Under the pieces are notes generated by a model. The model saw only the letters and a program-made list of their open reading frames with translations. It searched no databases and was not told the origin of the DNA. 64,000 nucleotides of DNA from Planctomycetota bacterium. GTDB lineage: Bacteria > Planctomycetota > UBA8108 > SXIK01. A program made the translations under genes and the position numbers. Shown here in pieces: positions 18,085 to 27,550 of this stretch; within the stretch, counting starts at the first letter, position 1, and every line of letters begins with the position of its first letter. The DNA is taken from the NCBI GenBank assembly GCA_965223845.1, contig CBDCXR010000004.1, forward strand, positions 1,792,001-1,856,000. The letters are read 5' to 3'.

Positions 18085-19343
18085 ACGATCGAGTCCCGGT
18101 AGTGGTGATCGGCGGTGGGCCGGCGGGCTCGACGGTCGCGGCGCTTCTCGCGGACGCGGGAGTCGGCGTGCGGCTCTTAGAGCGTGCGACGATGCCGCGC
18201 TTTCACATCGGAGAGTCTCTCATCACGGAAACCTACTGGACGTTCGAGCGCCTCGGGGTTCTCGATCGCTTGAAGGCCTCGGACTTCCCGAAGAAGTACA
18301 GCGTTCAGTTCATCTCCGAGAGCGGGCGTGCCTCTCGTCCGTTTTATTTCTACGAGCGGGATCCGCACGAGAGCTCGATGACTTGGCAGGTCGACCGCGC
18401 GGAGTTCGACCAGATGCTCCTTCAGAACGCGGCCGCGAAGGGGGCAGATGTCCGTACCGGCTACGGAGTTCGCCGCGTCCGCTTCGACGGCGAGCGCGCC
18501 GTGGGGGTCGAAGGGACGGACTCCGCGGGCGAACCATTCGCACTCGACGCGGATGTCGTGGTCGACGCGACGGGCCTTCACGCGCTCCTCGCTCGCCAAG
18601 AAAACCTCCTCCAGCGGGACCCGCATCTCGTCAAGGCCGCCGTATTCACGCACTTCGAAGGGGCGAGGCGAGACGAGGGAATCGACGAGGGCGCGACGCT
18701 CATCATCCACACGAAGGGAAACCGCGGCTGGTTTTGGTACATCCCGCTCAGTCGGGATCGCGTGAGCGTCGGAGTGGTCGGATCATCGCGGGAACTCATG
18801 CAGGGAGGCGTGAAACCGGACGAGATCCTCGCGCGCGAGATCGAAGCCTGCGCCGCGGTCAAGGATCGCGTTGCCGGCGCGCGACGCGTCAGCGACGTCC
18901 ATGTCACGAGCGACTATACCTACCGGGCGACGCGCTGTGCGGGCGACGGTTACGTGCTCGTCGGCGACGCGTTCGGGTTTCTCGATCCGATCTACTCCTC
19001 CGGCGTCCTGCTCGCGCTGAAATCGGGAGAGCTCGCGGCGGATACGATCGCGGCAGCCCTCGCCGACGGCGACATGTCGGCCGAACGTCTCAGCGCGATG
19101 GGCGCTCCGATCGCGACGGGAATGGAAGCGTTTCGGAAGATGGTCTACGCGTTCTACACACCGGGGTTCAGCTTCGCGAATTTCGTCGCGCAGCATCCGG
19201 AACATCGCGATGCCCTCGTTCGCGTCCTCATCGGAGACGTGTTCAAGGGTGACACCGATGAGATCTTTCAGGCGATGGGCGCGATGTGCGAGCTTCCCGA
19301 GGAAGTTCCTCTCGGCGGGGAAGGACCCGAGCACCGGGCGTGA
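18081..19343 (+). CDS. FAD-dependent halogenase-like oxidoreductase
   Basis: GGGPAG, HIGESL, FPKK, WFWYIP (WxWxIP), GDAFGFLDPIYSSG. Confidence 0.82.
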   Translation: MNDRVPVVVIGGGPAGSTVAALLADAGVGVRLLERATMPRFHIGESLITETYWTFERLGVLDRLKASDFPKKYSVQFISESGRASRPFYFYERDPHESSMTWQVDRAEFDQMLLQNAAAKGADVRTGYGVRRVRFDGERAVGVEGTDSAGEPFALDADVVVDATGLHALLARQENLLQRDPHLVKAAVFTHFEGARRDEGIDEGATLIIHTKGNRGWFWYIPLSRDRVSVGVVGSSRELMQGGVKPDEILAREIEACAAVKDRVAGARRVSDVHVTSDYTYRATRCAGDGYVLVGDAFGFLDPIYSSGVLLALKSGELAADTIAAALADGDMSAERLSAMGAPIATGMEAFRKMVYAFYTPGFSFANFVAQHPEHRDALVRVLIGDVFKGDTDEIFQAMGAMCELPEEVPLGGEGPEHRA

Positions 19344-19397
19344 TCGGAAAGAGCTCGACCACAATCTGCGGAGCGGCTTCGGGCCGAGAATGAGTCC

Positions 19398-20966
19398 TTA
19401 GAGGGTCGGTCCCAGTGACCACGGGCAAAACTCTTCCTCTCCGACGCCGTGGAGCTCGCTCTTCGTTTTCTGCCCGCTCGCGACGGCCAGCATCAATTCG
19501 AAGAGTTCGTCACCAACCTCGGGAAGCGGGACGCCTTCGAGCACCTTCCCGGCGTTGACGTCCATGTCGTCCTTCATGCGCTCGTACATCGGCGTGTTCG
19601 AAGCAATCTTGATGCACGGCGTCGGGCGGCAGCCGTAGACGGATCCCCGGCCGGTCGTGAACGCGCAGATGTTGGCCCCGCCGGCAACGATCCCCGTCAT
19701 CGACGCCGGATCGTAGCCCGGTGTATCCATTACGACGAAGCCCTTCTCGACGACGGGCTCGGCATACTTGTACACCGCTCGAAGCGCCGTCGAGCCGCCC
19801 TTCGCGATCGCTCCGAGTGATTTCTCGTAAATGGTCGTGAGGCCGCCTTCCTTGTTGCCGGGCGTGGGGTTGTTGTTGATCTCTGCGCCGAAGAGTTTCG
19901 TGTACCACTCCCACCAGCGGATGCGATCGAGAAGCGCTTCGCCGACTTCGCGGCTGATCGCCCGGCGCGTGAGAAGATGCTCCGCGCCGTAGATCTCGGT
20001 AGTCTCGCCGAGGATCGCCGTACCGCCGTGAGCGACGACGAGATCGGAGGCGAGACCGACCGCCGGATTCGCGGTGACGCCGCTGTAGCCGTCCGAGCCA
20101 CCACATTCCGTCCCGAAGACGAGGTGCGACGCCGGCACTTCGACTCTCTTCTCCGCCGCGGCTCGCGGGAGGAGCTCGGTGACCGCGCGAACTCCCGCCT
20201 CGACCGTTTTCGTGATGCCGCCGGCTTCTTGAATCGTCACGACGAGCGGGACACCTGCGTTCTCACCGTGCGAGGATACGCCGTCGACTTGAACGAGACG
20301 CTCAGTCTCGACCAGGTACGAAGCCTGACCGACTTCGCAGCCGAGGCCGATCAAGATGTAGCCGGCGATGTTCGGGTGGCGGGCGAATCCAGCGAGAGTG
20401 CGGCTGAGTTGCGCGTGGTCCGGGCTGTCGTACGCCATGCCGCAGCCGGTCTTGTGTGTGAGCGGAATCACGCCGTCGACTCCGGGGTACTCACGGAGAA
20501 CGTCGTCGCGAATTCGATCGGTGACGAAGCGGCTCGTCGACGCCGAGCAATTGACGGTGCTGATCACGGCGACGTAGTTTCGGGTGCCGACTCGGCCGTC
20601 GGCGCGGAGGTAGCCCCGAAAACTGCGAGTCTCCGGCGGAGCCGCCGGCGGGGGAGGGACATCCTCGGCGAACGCGTAGTCGCGCTCGAAGGCTTCCGCC
20701 GCGCAGTTGTCGACGTGAACGTGATCCCCCGGTGCGATGTCATTCGCCGCAAACCCGATCGTATGACCGTATTTCCGAATCGGATCTCCGGCGGGGATGC
20801 GCTCGGTCGCAATCTTGTGTCCGCGCGGGACGGCGGTCGTCGTCTCGATGTCGACTCCCGCGACACTCACGCACTCGCCGGGCCGCAGGTGGCGACAAAC
20901 GACGGCGATGTTGTCGTCGTCGCGGAGTCGAATCGCGGATCGGGTCGCGGCGTCCGGTGAAGGCAT
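19398..20966 (-). CDS. UxaA/GarD family sugar-acid dehydratase with SAF domain
   Basis: DNIAV, GHKIA, HVDNC, GRVGTRNY, ECGGSD, NNPTPGNKEGG, FTTGRG. Confidence 0.9.
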   Translation of the reverse strand: MPSPDAATRSAIRLRDDDNIAVVCRHLRPGECVSVAGVDIETTTAVPRGHKIATERIPAGDPIRKYGHTIGFAANDIAPGDHVHVDNCAAEAFERDYAFAEDVPPPPAAPPETRSFRGYLRADGRVGTRNYVAVISTVNCSASTSRFVTDRIRDDVLREYPGVDGVIPLTHKTGCGMAYDSPDHAQLSRTLAGFARHPNIAGYILIGLGCEVGQASYLVETERLVQVDGVSSHGENAGVPLVVTIQEAGGITKTVEAGVRAVTELLPRAAAEKRVEVPASHLVFGTECGGSDGYSGVTANPAVGLASDLVVAHGGTAILGETTEIYGAEHLLTRRAISREVGEALLDRIRWWEWYTKLFGAEINNNPTPGNKEGGLTTIYEKSLGAIAKGGSTALRAVYKYAEPVVEKGFVVMDTPGYDPASMTGIVAGGANICAFTTGRGSVYGCRPTPCIKIASNTPMYERMKDDMDVNAGKVLEGVPLPEVGDELFELMLAVASGQKTKSELHGVGEEEFCPWSLGPTL

Positions 20967-21128
20967 GAGACGCTTCCTAACGGTGAACTCGAGTGTGGGC
21001 GATGGGCATGATAGCAGAGCCGCCCGGCGGTTTCCTGTTCGGCGATCTGGCCTTCACGTCCCCGCACGGTAGAATGCCCGGCTCCGCCCGAATGGTTCGG
21101 GTTTCTTTCCAACGCACTCGAGATCACG

Positions 21129-22325
21129 ATGACTGCCGGCGACCCCGTCTCGATCCCACCCGGTCTCCGCCGGGAGGTCGATCGTACGCTCGAATTCGCG
21201 AGCGACCAACTGCGTGTCACGTGCCAGAGGTGGCCCGCCGGGCTCGCCGCCCCGGTGTATACCGTCGAAGGAAGATGGTACCGCGCTAGAGATCTTTGGA
21301 CCGACTGGACACCCGGCTTTCTCGCCGGCCAGCAATGGATTCTCGCGAAGCTCCTTCGCGACGAAGAATGGCGAACGAGCGGCGAAGAGTACTCGCGGGC
21401 GCTCCGACCCCGCCGTTTCGACCGCGATGTTCACGACCTCGGGTTCATCTTTCTCTCATCGCACGGACGATGGCTCGACGCGATCGCGCCGGACGATCCC
21501 GAGTCCGCGCGAATTCGCGACGTTCTCGTCACCGCCGGGACCGTGCAGTCGTTTCGCTGGAACGGGATCGGCGAACGCGGGTTCATCTATTCCTTCAACG
21601 GTCCGCAATCGCTCTTCGTCGACATCATGATGAACGTCCGTCTCCTCTTCTGGGCGGCGCAGAACGGCGCGGAGGAGGAGGTCGGACGCCGCGCGGTCGA
21701 GCACTGTCTGACCTCCGCCCAGTTCCTCGTCCGGCGCGACGGCCCGGGCCTCGGCGAAGAGGACGGCAACACCGTGCACGAGGCGATTTTCAACACCGAC
21801 CCCGGGCGCGGCGAATTCCGGTGCTGGTCGACCCAGCAGGGATATTCTCCCTTCACGTGTTGGTCCCGCGGTCTCGGCTGGGCGCTGTACGGCTTCAGTG
21901 AGGCGTACCGCTATACGCGCGAACGAGAGTTTCTCGCCGCGGCGGAGCGGTGCGCCAACTACTACTTCGAGCACACTCCGGATCACGGCGTTCCGTACTG
22001 GGACTACGGGGCGCCCGGCATCCCGGATGAGCCGTTCGACAGCTCGGCCGCGGCGGTGATCGGCTGCGGCCTCTTCCTTCTCGCGGAACACGCGCAGCCG
22101 GAAGCCGCCGCGCGATATCGGCGCGGCGCGCTGCGAATCGTGGAATCGCTCACGTCGGACGAATTCCTCGCCCGGGGACGGCCCGGTGAAGAAGGGATCC
22201 TCCTCCAGGGCGTCTACCACCGGCCTCGCGGGTGGGGTGTGAACGCGTCGGTCATGTGGGGCGAGTACTTTTTCCTCGAGCTCCTCGAGCGCGTCGTAGA
22301 AGCTGACTCGGAGCTCGGCTCCTAG
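21129..22325 (+). CDS. GH88 unsaturated glucuronyl hydrolase
   Basis: WTPGF, HDLGF, VDIMMN, TQQGY, WSRGLGWALYGF, DSSAAA, WGEYFFLE. Confidence 0.85.
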   Translation: MTAGDPVSIPPGLRREVDRTLEFASDQLRVTCQRWPAGLAAPVYTVEGRWYRARDLWTDWTPGFLAGQQWILAKLLRDEEWRTSGEEYSRALRPRRFDRDVHDLGFIFLSSHGRWLDAIAPDDPESARIRDVLVTAGTVQSFRWNGIGERGFIYSFNGPQSLFVDIMMNVRLLFWAAQNGAEEEVGRRAVEHCLTSAQFLVRRDGPGLGEEDGNTVHEAIFNTDPGRGEFRCWSTQQGYSPFTCWSRGLGWALYGFSEAYRYTREREFLAAAERCANYYFEHTPDHGVPYWDYGAPGIPDEPFDSSAAAVIGCGLFLLAEHAQPEAAARYRRGALRIVESLTSDEFLARGRPGEEGILLQGVYHRPRGWGVNASVMWGEYFFLELLERVVEADSELGS

Positions 22326-22355
22326 ATCGACGCGGAGACCACCGGAAGGAATCAA

Positions 22356-22937
22356 ATGCCCAGCGAGACGGTCGCGTTTCTCCGTGAGTACTTTCGCGGT
22401 CCCCGCGCAGTCGGCGCCGTCGCGCCGAGCTCACGCTTCCTCGCGCGCACGATGGTCGAGAGTGGCGATCTCGCCGCGGCAAAGACGATCGTCGAGCTCG
22501 GACCCGGCACGGGCGCGTTTACTCAGGCCATCGCCGAAGCCGTCGATGACTCGGCGACGTTCCTCGCACTCGAAATCAATCCGGAGTTCGCCGAACGCGT
22601 CCGTGAGCGAGTGCCCCGCGCGACGGTGTACAACGACTCGGCCGCGAATCTCGCGTCGTATCTCGAGAGACACGGGAAAGACGGAGCCGATTGCGTCCTT
22701 TCCGGACTACCCTGGGCGAGCCTTCCGATGAAGGTGCAGGACAGCGTGATGGCGGCGGTGGTGGACAACCTCCGACCCGGCGGAATCTTCGCGACTTTCG
22801 CGTACATCCACGCGCTCGCGCTTCCGAATGCACGCAAGTTTCGCCGGCGGCTCGAGTCGCTCTTCGGCAAAGTCGAGTTGAGCCCAATCGTGTGGCGAAA
22901 CGTTCCGCCTGCGTTCGTCTATCGTTGCCGACGGTGA
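22356..22937 (+). CDS. Class I SAM methyltransferase (PmtA-like phospholipid N-methyltransferase family)
   Basis: GAVAPSSRFLA, VELGPGTG, LSGLPW, RNVPPAFVY. Confidence 0.82.
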   Translation: MPSETVAFLREYFRGPRAVGAVAPSSRFLARTMVESGDLAAAKTIVELGPGTGAFTQAIAEAVDDSATFLALEINPEFAERVRERVPRATVYNDSAANLASYLERHGKDGADCVLSGLPWASLPMKVQDSVMAAVVDNLRPGGIFATFAYIHALALPNARKFRRRLESLFGKVELSPIVWRNVPPAFVYRCRR

Positions 22938-22942
22938 CGGCG

Positions 22943-25900
22943 ATGCGGCGCGAACCGAGAGGCGACCGGACGGTGAACTGGATTCGAACGCCGCGGCGCC
23001 TCACTCTCGCCCTCTTCGTGCTTGCATTCTCGACCGGCGCCGCGGCCGAGGACGTCACCTGGCTCGTGCGCGAAGGTAAGCCCGTCGGCGTTCACCTCGA
23101 CGCGGGGGAATGGTACCCGCGCGGACGGTTCGTTGAGGGGCGCGGCGTCGAGAACTATCTCTACGCGAAGGCGACCCCGGCGGGCGCGAATTTTCGCGTC
23201 GTTGCTCGGGTCCGCATCCTCGAGCAGCGGGGGAGTGCAGCTTCGTTCTTTCTCGGTCCGGGACACTTCGGTTTCGAGGGCGCGCGCGAGACGCTCTACG
23301 TGAACGGGGGAATCTTCGGCGGACTCTCGCTCCTCGGATCGCCGACGGAGTACTTCCCTCGCGGCGAGTGGTTCGACTTTGAGGTCGTCGGCAAAGAGGG
23401 CGAGATCGAATTTAGGCTGAACGGAAAACTCGCGCACCGAGTGACCTACGACGGATCCGGTTTCGAACGCGTCGGATTCAGCCCGTGGCGATCGCAGATG
23501 CAGATCGAGAAGTTCGTTCTCTACGGCGGGACGCGACCCTACGCGCTCCCGGCGTCGCGCGGGTACTCGGTCCCGACGCTCGATCTCTCGAGCGACCGAC
23601 ATCGTCAAATCGTCGTCGACCGGGAAGCAGGACAGTACCTCGGCCATCCCACCACGGTTCTCCTCGAGGACGGTCGAACTCTCCTCTGCGTGTATCCAAA
23701 GGGGCACGGTCGCGGCGGAATCGTCTACAAGCGAAGCCGCGACGGCGGCCGGACGTGGAGCGAGCGACTGCCGACGCCGGCGAGCTGGGCGACGAGCAAG
23801 GAGGTCCCGACGATCCATCGGGTCGTCGACGCCGCGGGGAAGAAGCGACTGATCCTTTGGTCGGGTCTTTACCCCGCCCGACTCGCTGTCAGCGAAGATG
23901 ACGGCGCGTCGTGGAGCGAGCTAGTCCCTGCGGGGGACTGGGGCGGCATCGTCGTGATGGGATTCGTCGAGAAGCTCAAAACGCCCGGGCGTTACCTCGC
24001 TATGTTCCACGACGATGGACGATTTCTTGGCGCACAGCCGAATCGTCGAAACCCGGCGCGATTTCAACTCCTCAAAACCTTCTCGGGTGACGGCGGGCTG
24101 ACGTGGTCGTCGCCCGAGGTCGTCTACGAGGACTCGAACGTGCATCTCTGCGAGCCAGGTTGCATCCGCTCTCCGGACGGCAAGCGGCTCGCGGTGCTCC
24201 TCCGCGAGAATTCGCGCCAGCGGAACTCGTTTGTGATCTTCAGCGACGACGAGGGAGCGACGTGGACGGCGCCGCGCGAACTTCCGGGATCTCTCACCGG
24301 AGATCGCCACACCGGGAAGTATCTCCCGGATGGTCGGTTGTTCGTTTCGTTTCGGGACCGCACGCACGACAGTCCGACGAAGGGGGACTGGGTCGCCTGG
24401 GTCGGCACGTTCGAGGACATCGTCGCGGGAAAGGAGGGGCAGTACCGCGTTCGGCTGATGCGGAACACGAAGGACGCGGATTGCGCGTACCCGGGAGTCG
24501 AGGTGCTCCCCGACGGGACGATCGTCGCGACGACCTACGGACACTGGACGAAGGGGGAACCTCCCTACGTCGTCAGCGTTCGGCTCAAGGTGGAAGAGCT
24601 GGACGCGCTCGCGGCGAAGCTCGAGCCCGAGCTCGAGCCCGCCGGAACGACGCGGAAGAACGTTCTGTTCATCGTCGTAGACGACCTCCGGCCGGAGCTA
24701 GGTTGCTACGGGTCGACCATCGTGAAGAGTCCAAATATCGACCGTCTCGCCCGAGAGGGAGTCCTCTTCGACCGGGCTTACTGTCAATTCGCTCTCTGCA
24801 ACCCGTCGCGCACGAGCGTGCTCACCGGGATGCGCCCCGATCGCGTGGGAGTCGTGGGAAACCACTCCCACTTTCGCGATCGGCATCCGAGCCTGGTCAC
24901 CCTGCCCGAACACTTCAAGCGGCACGGCTACGAGACGAGGGCCGTAGGAAAGATCTACCACGGAGTGTTTCCAACCGGATCGAGCGTGCAGCCGGCCGAC
25001 ACGATGGGAGATCTCGCGTCTTGGTCCGCTCGCCCCTACCGCCCAGGCCCGCGCTACTACTACACGAAAGAGGGAGTCGCGGCGGCGAAGCGGGCCTACG
25101 CGCGAATGTACCGGGTGGAAGATCCAGCGCCGCACGATTGGACCTCGCGTCTCGTCTTCGGCCCGATGACGGAAGCGCCGGATGTTCCGGACGAAGATCT
25201 CTACGACGGCGACGTCGCGCGGCGTGCAGTCGAGCTACTCCGCGAGCTTCGTGATCGACGTTTCTTTCTCGCCGTCGGTTTCATCAAGCCGCACACGCCG
25301 TTCGTCGCCCCGAAGCGCTATTGGGACCGCTACGATCCGCGGGAGATCGCGCTCGCCGCGCGAAGCACGTTGCCGGCGGACGCCGCCTCGTTCGCCGGAC
25401 ACTCGTCCGGGGAGGTGAGGCGGTACACGGATCAGCCGAAACGGGGTCCTTTCTCAGCGGAAAACCAGCGCCGGATGCGGCACGGCTACGCTGCGTGCGT
25501 TTCCTTCGTCGACGCGCAGGTCGGTCGGCTCCTCGACGAACTCGACCGTCTCCGGCTGAGAGAGAGCACCGCCATCGTTCTCTTCGGCGATCACGGCTGG
25601 CACCTCGGTGAGCACGGACTCTGGGGAAAGGTCACGAACTTCGAGCTCGCGACTCGCTCGCCGCTCATCGTGTCGGCGCCCGGACTCCCGCGGGGCGAGA
25701 AAACTCGATCGCTCACCGAGCTCCTCGATATCTATCCGTCGATCTGCGAGCTCGCGGGACTTCCGAATCCGCGGCACCTCGATGGGCGAAGCTTCGTGCC
25801 CGTGTTGCGAAAGAGCGAGTCGAACGTGAAGACGGCTGCGTTTTCTCAGATGTCTCGCGGCGGTGTCATGGGCTACTCCGTGCGAGTCGACGGGGCTCGC

Positions 25901-27544
25901 TACACGGAGTGGATCGATTCGTCGAGCGGGGCAGTTCGCGCGCGGGAACTCTATCACTATGAGGGCGGACCGGTAGAGAGCCGGAATCTCGCCGAGCAGC
26001 CGCAAAGTCGCGATCAAGTCGAGCGATTGTCGGCTCGACTGCGTGAGTCGCGGCGTCTCCCGAACGCCGGCCGTCTCTCGCTCGCACGAGTCTTTCAGGA
26101 CCATATGGTCCTCCAGCGCGATTCGCCGATTCGTGTTTGGGGTCGAGCTCCGCCGCGAGAGCGCGTGCACGTTCAGCTCGGAGAGTTGAGCCGCTCGAGC
26201 GTCGCGAACGATCGAGGAGATTGGCGCGTACAGTTTCCCGCGCTCGCAGCGAGCGACACGCCACGAAGACTTGTGGCTCGCACGAACAGCGATGCAGTCG
26301 TGATTCGAGATGTACTCGTCGGAGAGGTATGGCTCTGTGCGGGTCAGTCGAACATGGAGTGGCCGCTTTCGCAGTCGAACTCCGGACCGGCCTCGCTCTC
26401 GCAGCCTCTCAGTCCTCGCATTCGGCTCGTCGATCTGCGTGGAGCGGCGCGAGGCGGATCGGGCGTGTATTCACCCGAGACGATCGCACAGCTGAAACCG
26501 AAAGCGTTCGCTCGGGGCGCGTGGCGGGTGAGCTCGCCGCCCGCCGCTCGTGGATTCTCGGCCGTGGGTTTCTACTTCGGCCGGGCGATCGAGAGAGAGC
26601 TCGACGTGCCGGTCGGTCTCATCGATGTCTCGATCGGCGGGACGCCGATCGAGTCTTGGATTCGACGCTCGGCTATCGCCGCCGACCCCGAGCTCCGTGC
26701 GCTCGTCGATGGCGATTGGCTCGAGAACGAGCTCCTCGATGTGTGGTGTCGCAATCGAGCTCGACAGAACCTCGGTCGGGCGATGACGGCCGGGGAAGAG
26801 ATTCCGGGCGACGCTCTCGGTCCGAATCACTCGTTCAAGCCGGGATTCATGTGGTCGGCCTCCGTCGAGCCGCTCGTCCCGTTCAACGTTCGCGGCGTAC
26901 TCTGGTACCAAGGTGAATCGAACGCCGAATCCGTGGCCCAGGTTGCGCGCTACGGCCGCCTTTTTGAGCTCCTCGTCGGCGACTGGCGTGCGCGATGGGA
27001 TCGGAAGGACTTACCGTTCGCGTTTGTTCAGCTTCCCGCGCTCAGACGACCGCATTGGCCTCTGTTTCGAGAGGAACAGCGACGCGTGCTCGATCGCGTG
27101 CCCGGAACCGGCATGGTGGTGACGATGGATATCGGCGCCCCGTCGAACGTACATCCGACACTCAAGAAACCCGTTGGCGATCGACTCGCGCGGTGGGCGC
27201 TGGCGACGGTGTACGGGCGAGTGAATGCGGACGCGAACGGACCGCTCATCACATCGGCTCGCCGAAGCGGTCGACGTGTGATCCTGCGCTTTCACCAGGC
27301 GACTTCGGGACTCGATACGGCGGACGCCCGACCGCCCCGGCATTTTGAGCTTGCCGGCGAGGACGGCGAGTTCCGCGCTGCGGCGGCGCGAATCGACGGC
27401 GACGCGGTGATCGTTACCGCAGACGACGTCGCGATTCCGAAGACGGTGCGGTACGCGTGGACACCCTATCCGGAACCGCCGGTGAACTTTGTGAACGGAG
27501 ATCGGCTCCCGGCCTCCCCCTTCTCGGTCGACGTCGAGGACTGA
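22943..27544 (+). CDS. Secreted multidomain enzyme: beta-sandwich + BNR/sialidase-like propeller + sulfatase + sialate O-acetylesterase
   Basis: Signal peptide (LALFVLAFSTGAAA). Four Asp-boxes (SRDGGRTW, SEDDGASW, SGDGGLTW, SDDEGATW). Sulfatase DDLR, CNPSR, GKIYH, DHG. SASA GQSNM, WYQGESN, NVHP. Start could be 22934, 22943 or 22973. Confidence 0.85.
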   Translation: MRREPRGDRTVNWIRTPRRLTLALFVLAFSTGAAAEDVTWLVREGKPVGVHLDAGEWYPRGRFVEGRGVENYLYAKATPAGANFRVVARVRILEQRGSAASFFLGPGHFGFEGARETLYVNGGIFGGLSLLGSPTEYFPRGEWFDFEVVGKEGEIEFRLNGKLAHRVTYDGSGFERVGFSPWRSQMQIEKFVLYGGTRPYALPASRGYSVPTLDLSSDRHRQIVVDREAGQYLGHPTTVLLEDGRTLLCVYPKGHGRGGIVYKRSRDGGRTWSERLPTPASWATSKEVPTIHRVVDAAGKKRLILWSGLYPARLAVSEDDGASWSELVPAGDWGGIVVMGFVEKLKTPGRYLAMFHDDGRFLGAQPNRRNPARFQLLKTFSGDGGLTWSSPEVVYEDSNVHLCEPGCIRSPDGKRLAVLLRENSRQRNSFVIFSDDEGATWTAPRELPGSLTGDRHTGKYLPDGRLFVSFRDRTHDSPTKGDWVAWVGTFEDIVAGKEGQYRVRLMRNTKDADCAYPGVEVLPDGTIVATTYGHWTKGEPPYVVSVRLKVEELDALAAKLEPELEPAGTTRKNVLFIVVDDLRPELGCYGSTIVKSPNIDRLAREGVLFDRAYCQFALCNPSRTSVLTGMRPDRVGVVGNHSHFRDRHPSLVTLPEHFKRHGYETRAVGKIYHGVFPTGSSVQPADTMGDLASWSARPYRPGPRYYYTKEGVAAAKRAYARMYRVEDPAPHDWTSRLVFGPMTEAPDVPDEDLYDGDVARRAVELLRELRDRRFFLAVGFIKPHTPFVAPKRYWDRYDPREIALAARSTLPADAASFAGHSSGEVRRYTDQPKRGPFSAENQRRMRHGYAACVSFVDAQVGRLLDELDRLRLRESTAIVLFGDHGWHLGEHGLWGKVTNFELATRSPLIVSAPGLPRGEKTRSLTELLDIYPSICELAGLPNPRHLDGRSFVPVLRKSESNVKTAAFSQMSRGGVMGYSVRVDGARYTEWIDSSSGAVRARELYHYEGGPVESRNLAEQPQSRDQVERLSARLRESRRLPNAGRLSLARVFQDHMVLQRDSPIRVWGRAPPRERVHVQLGELSRSSVANDRGDWRVQFPALAASDTPRRLVARTNSDAVVIRDVLVGEVWLCAGQSNMEWPLSQSNSGPASLSQPLSPRIRLVDLRGAARGGSGVYSPETIAQLKPKAFARGAWRVSSPPAARGFSAVGFYFGRAIERELDVPVGLIDVSIGGTPIESWIRRSAIAADPELRALVDGDWLENELLDVWCRNRARQNLGRAMTAGEEIPGDALGPNHSFKPGFMWSASVEPLVPFNVRGVLWYQGESNAESVAQVARYGRLFELLVGDWRARWDRKDLPFAFVQLPALRRPHWPLFREEQRRVLDRVPGTGMVVTMDIGAPSNVHPTLKKPVGDRLARWALATVYGRVNADANGPLITSARRSGRRVILRFHQATSGLDTADARPPRHFELAGEDGEFRAAAARIDGDAVIVTADDVAIPKTVRYAWTPYPEPPVNFVNGDRLPASPFSVDVED

Positions 27545-27550
27545 GACGAA

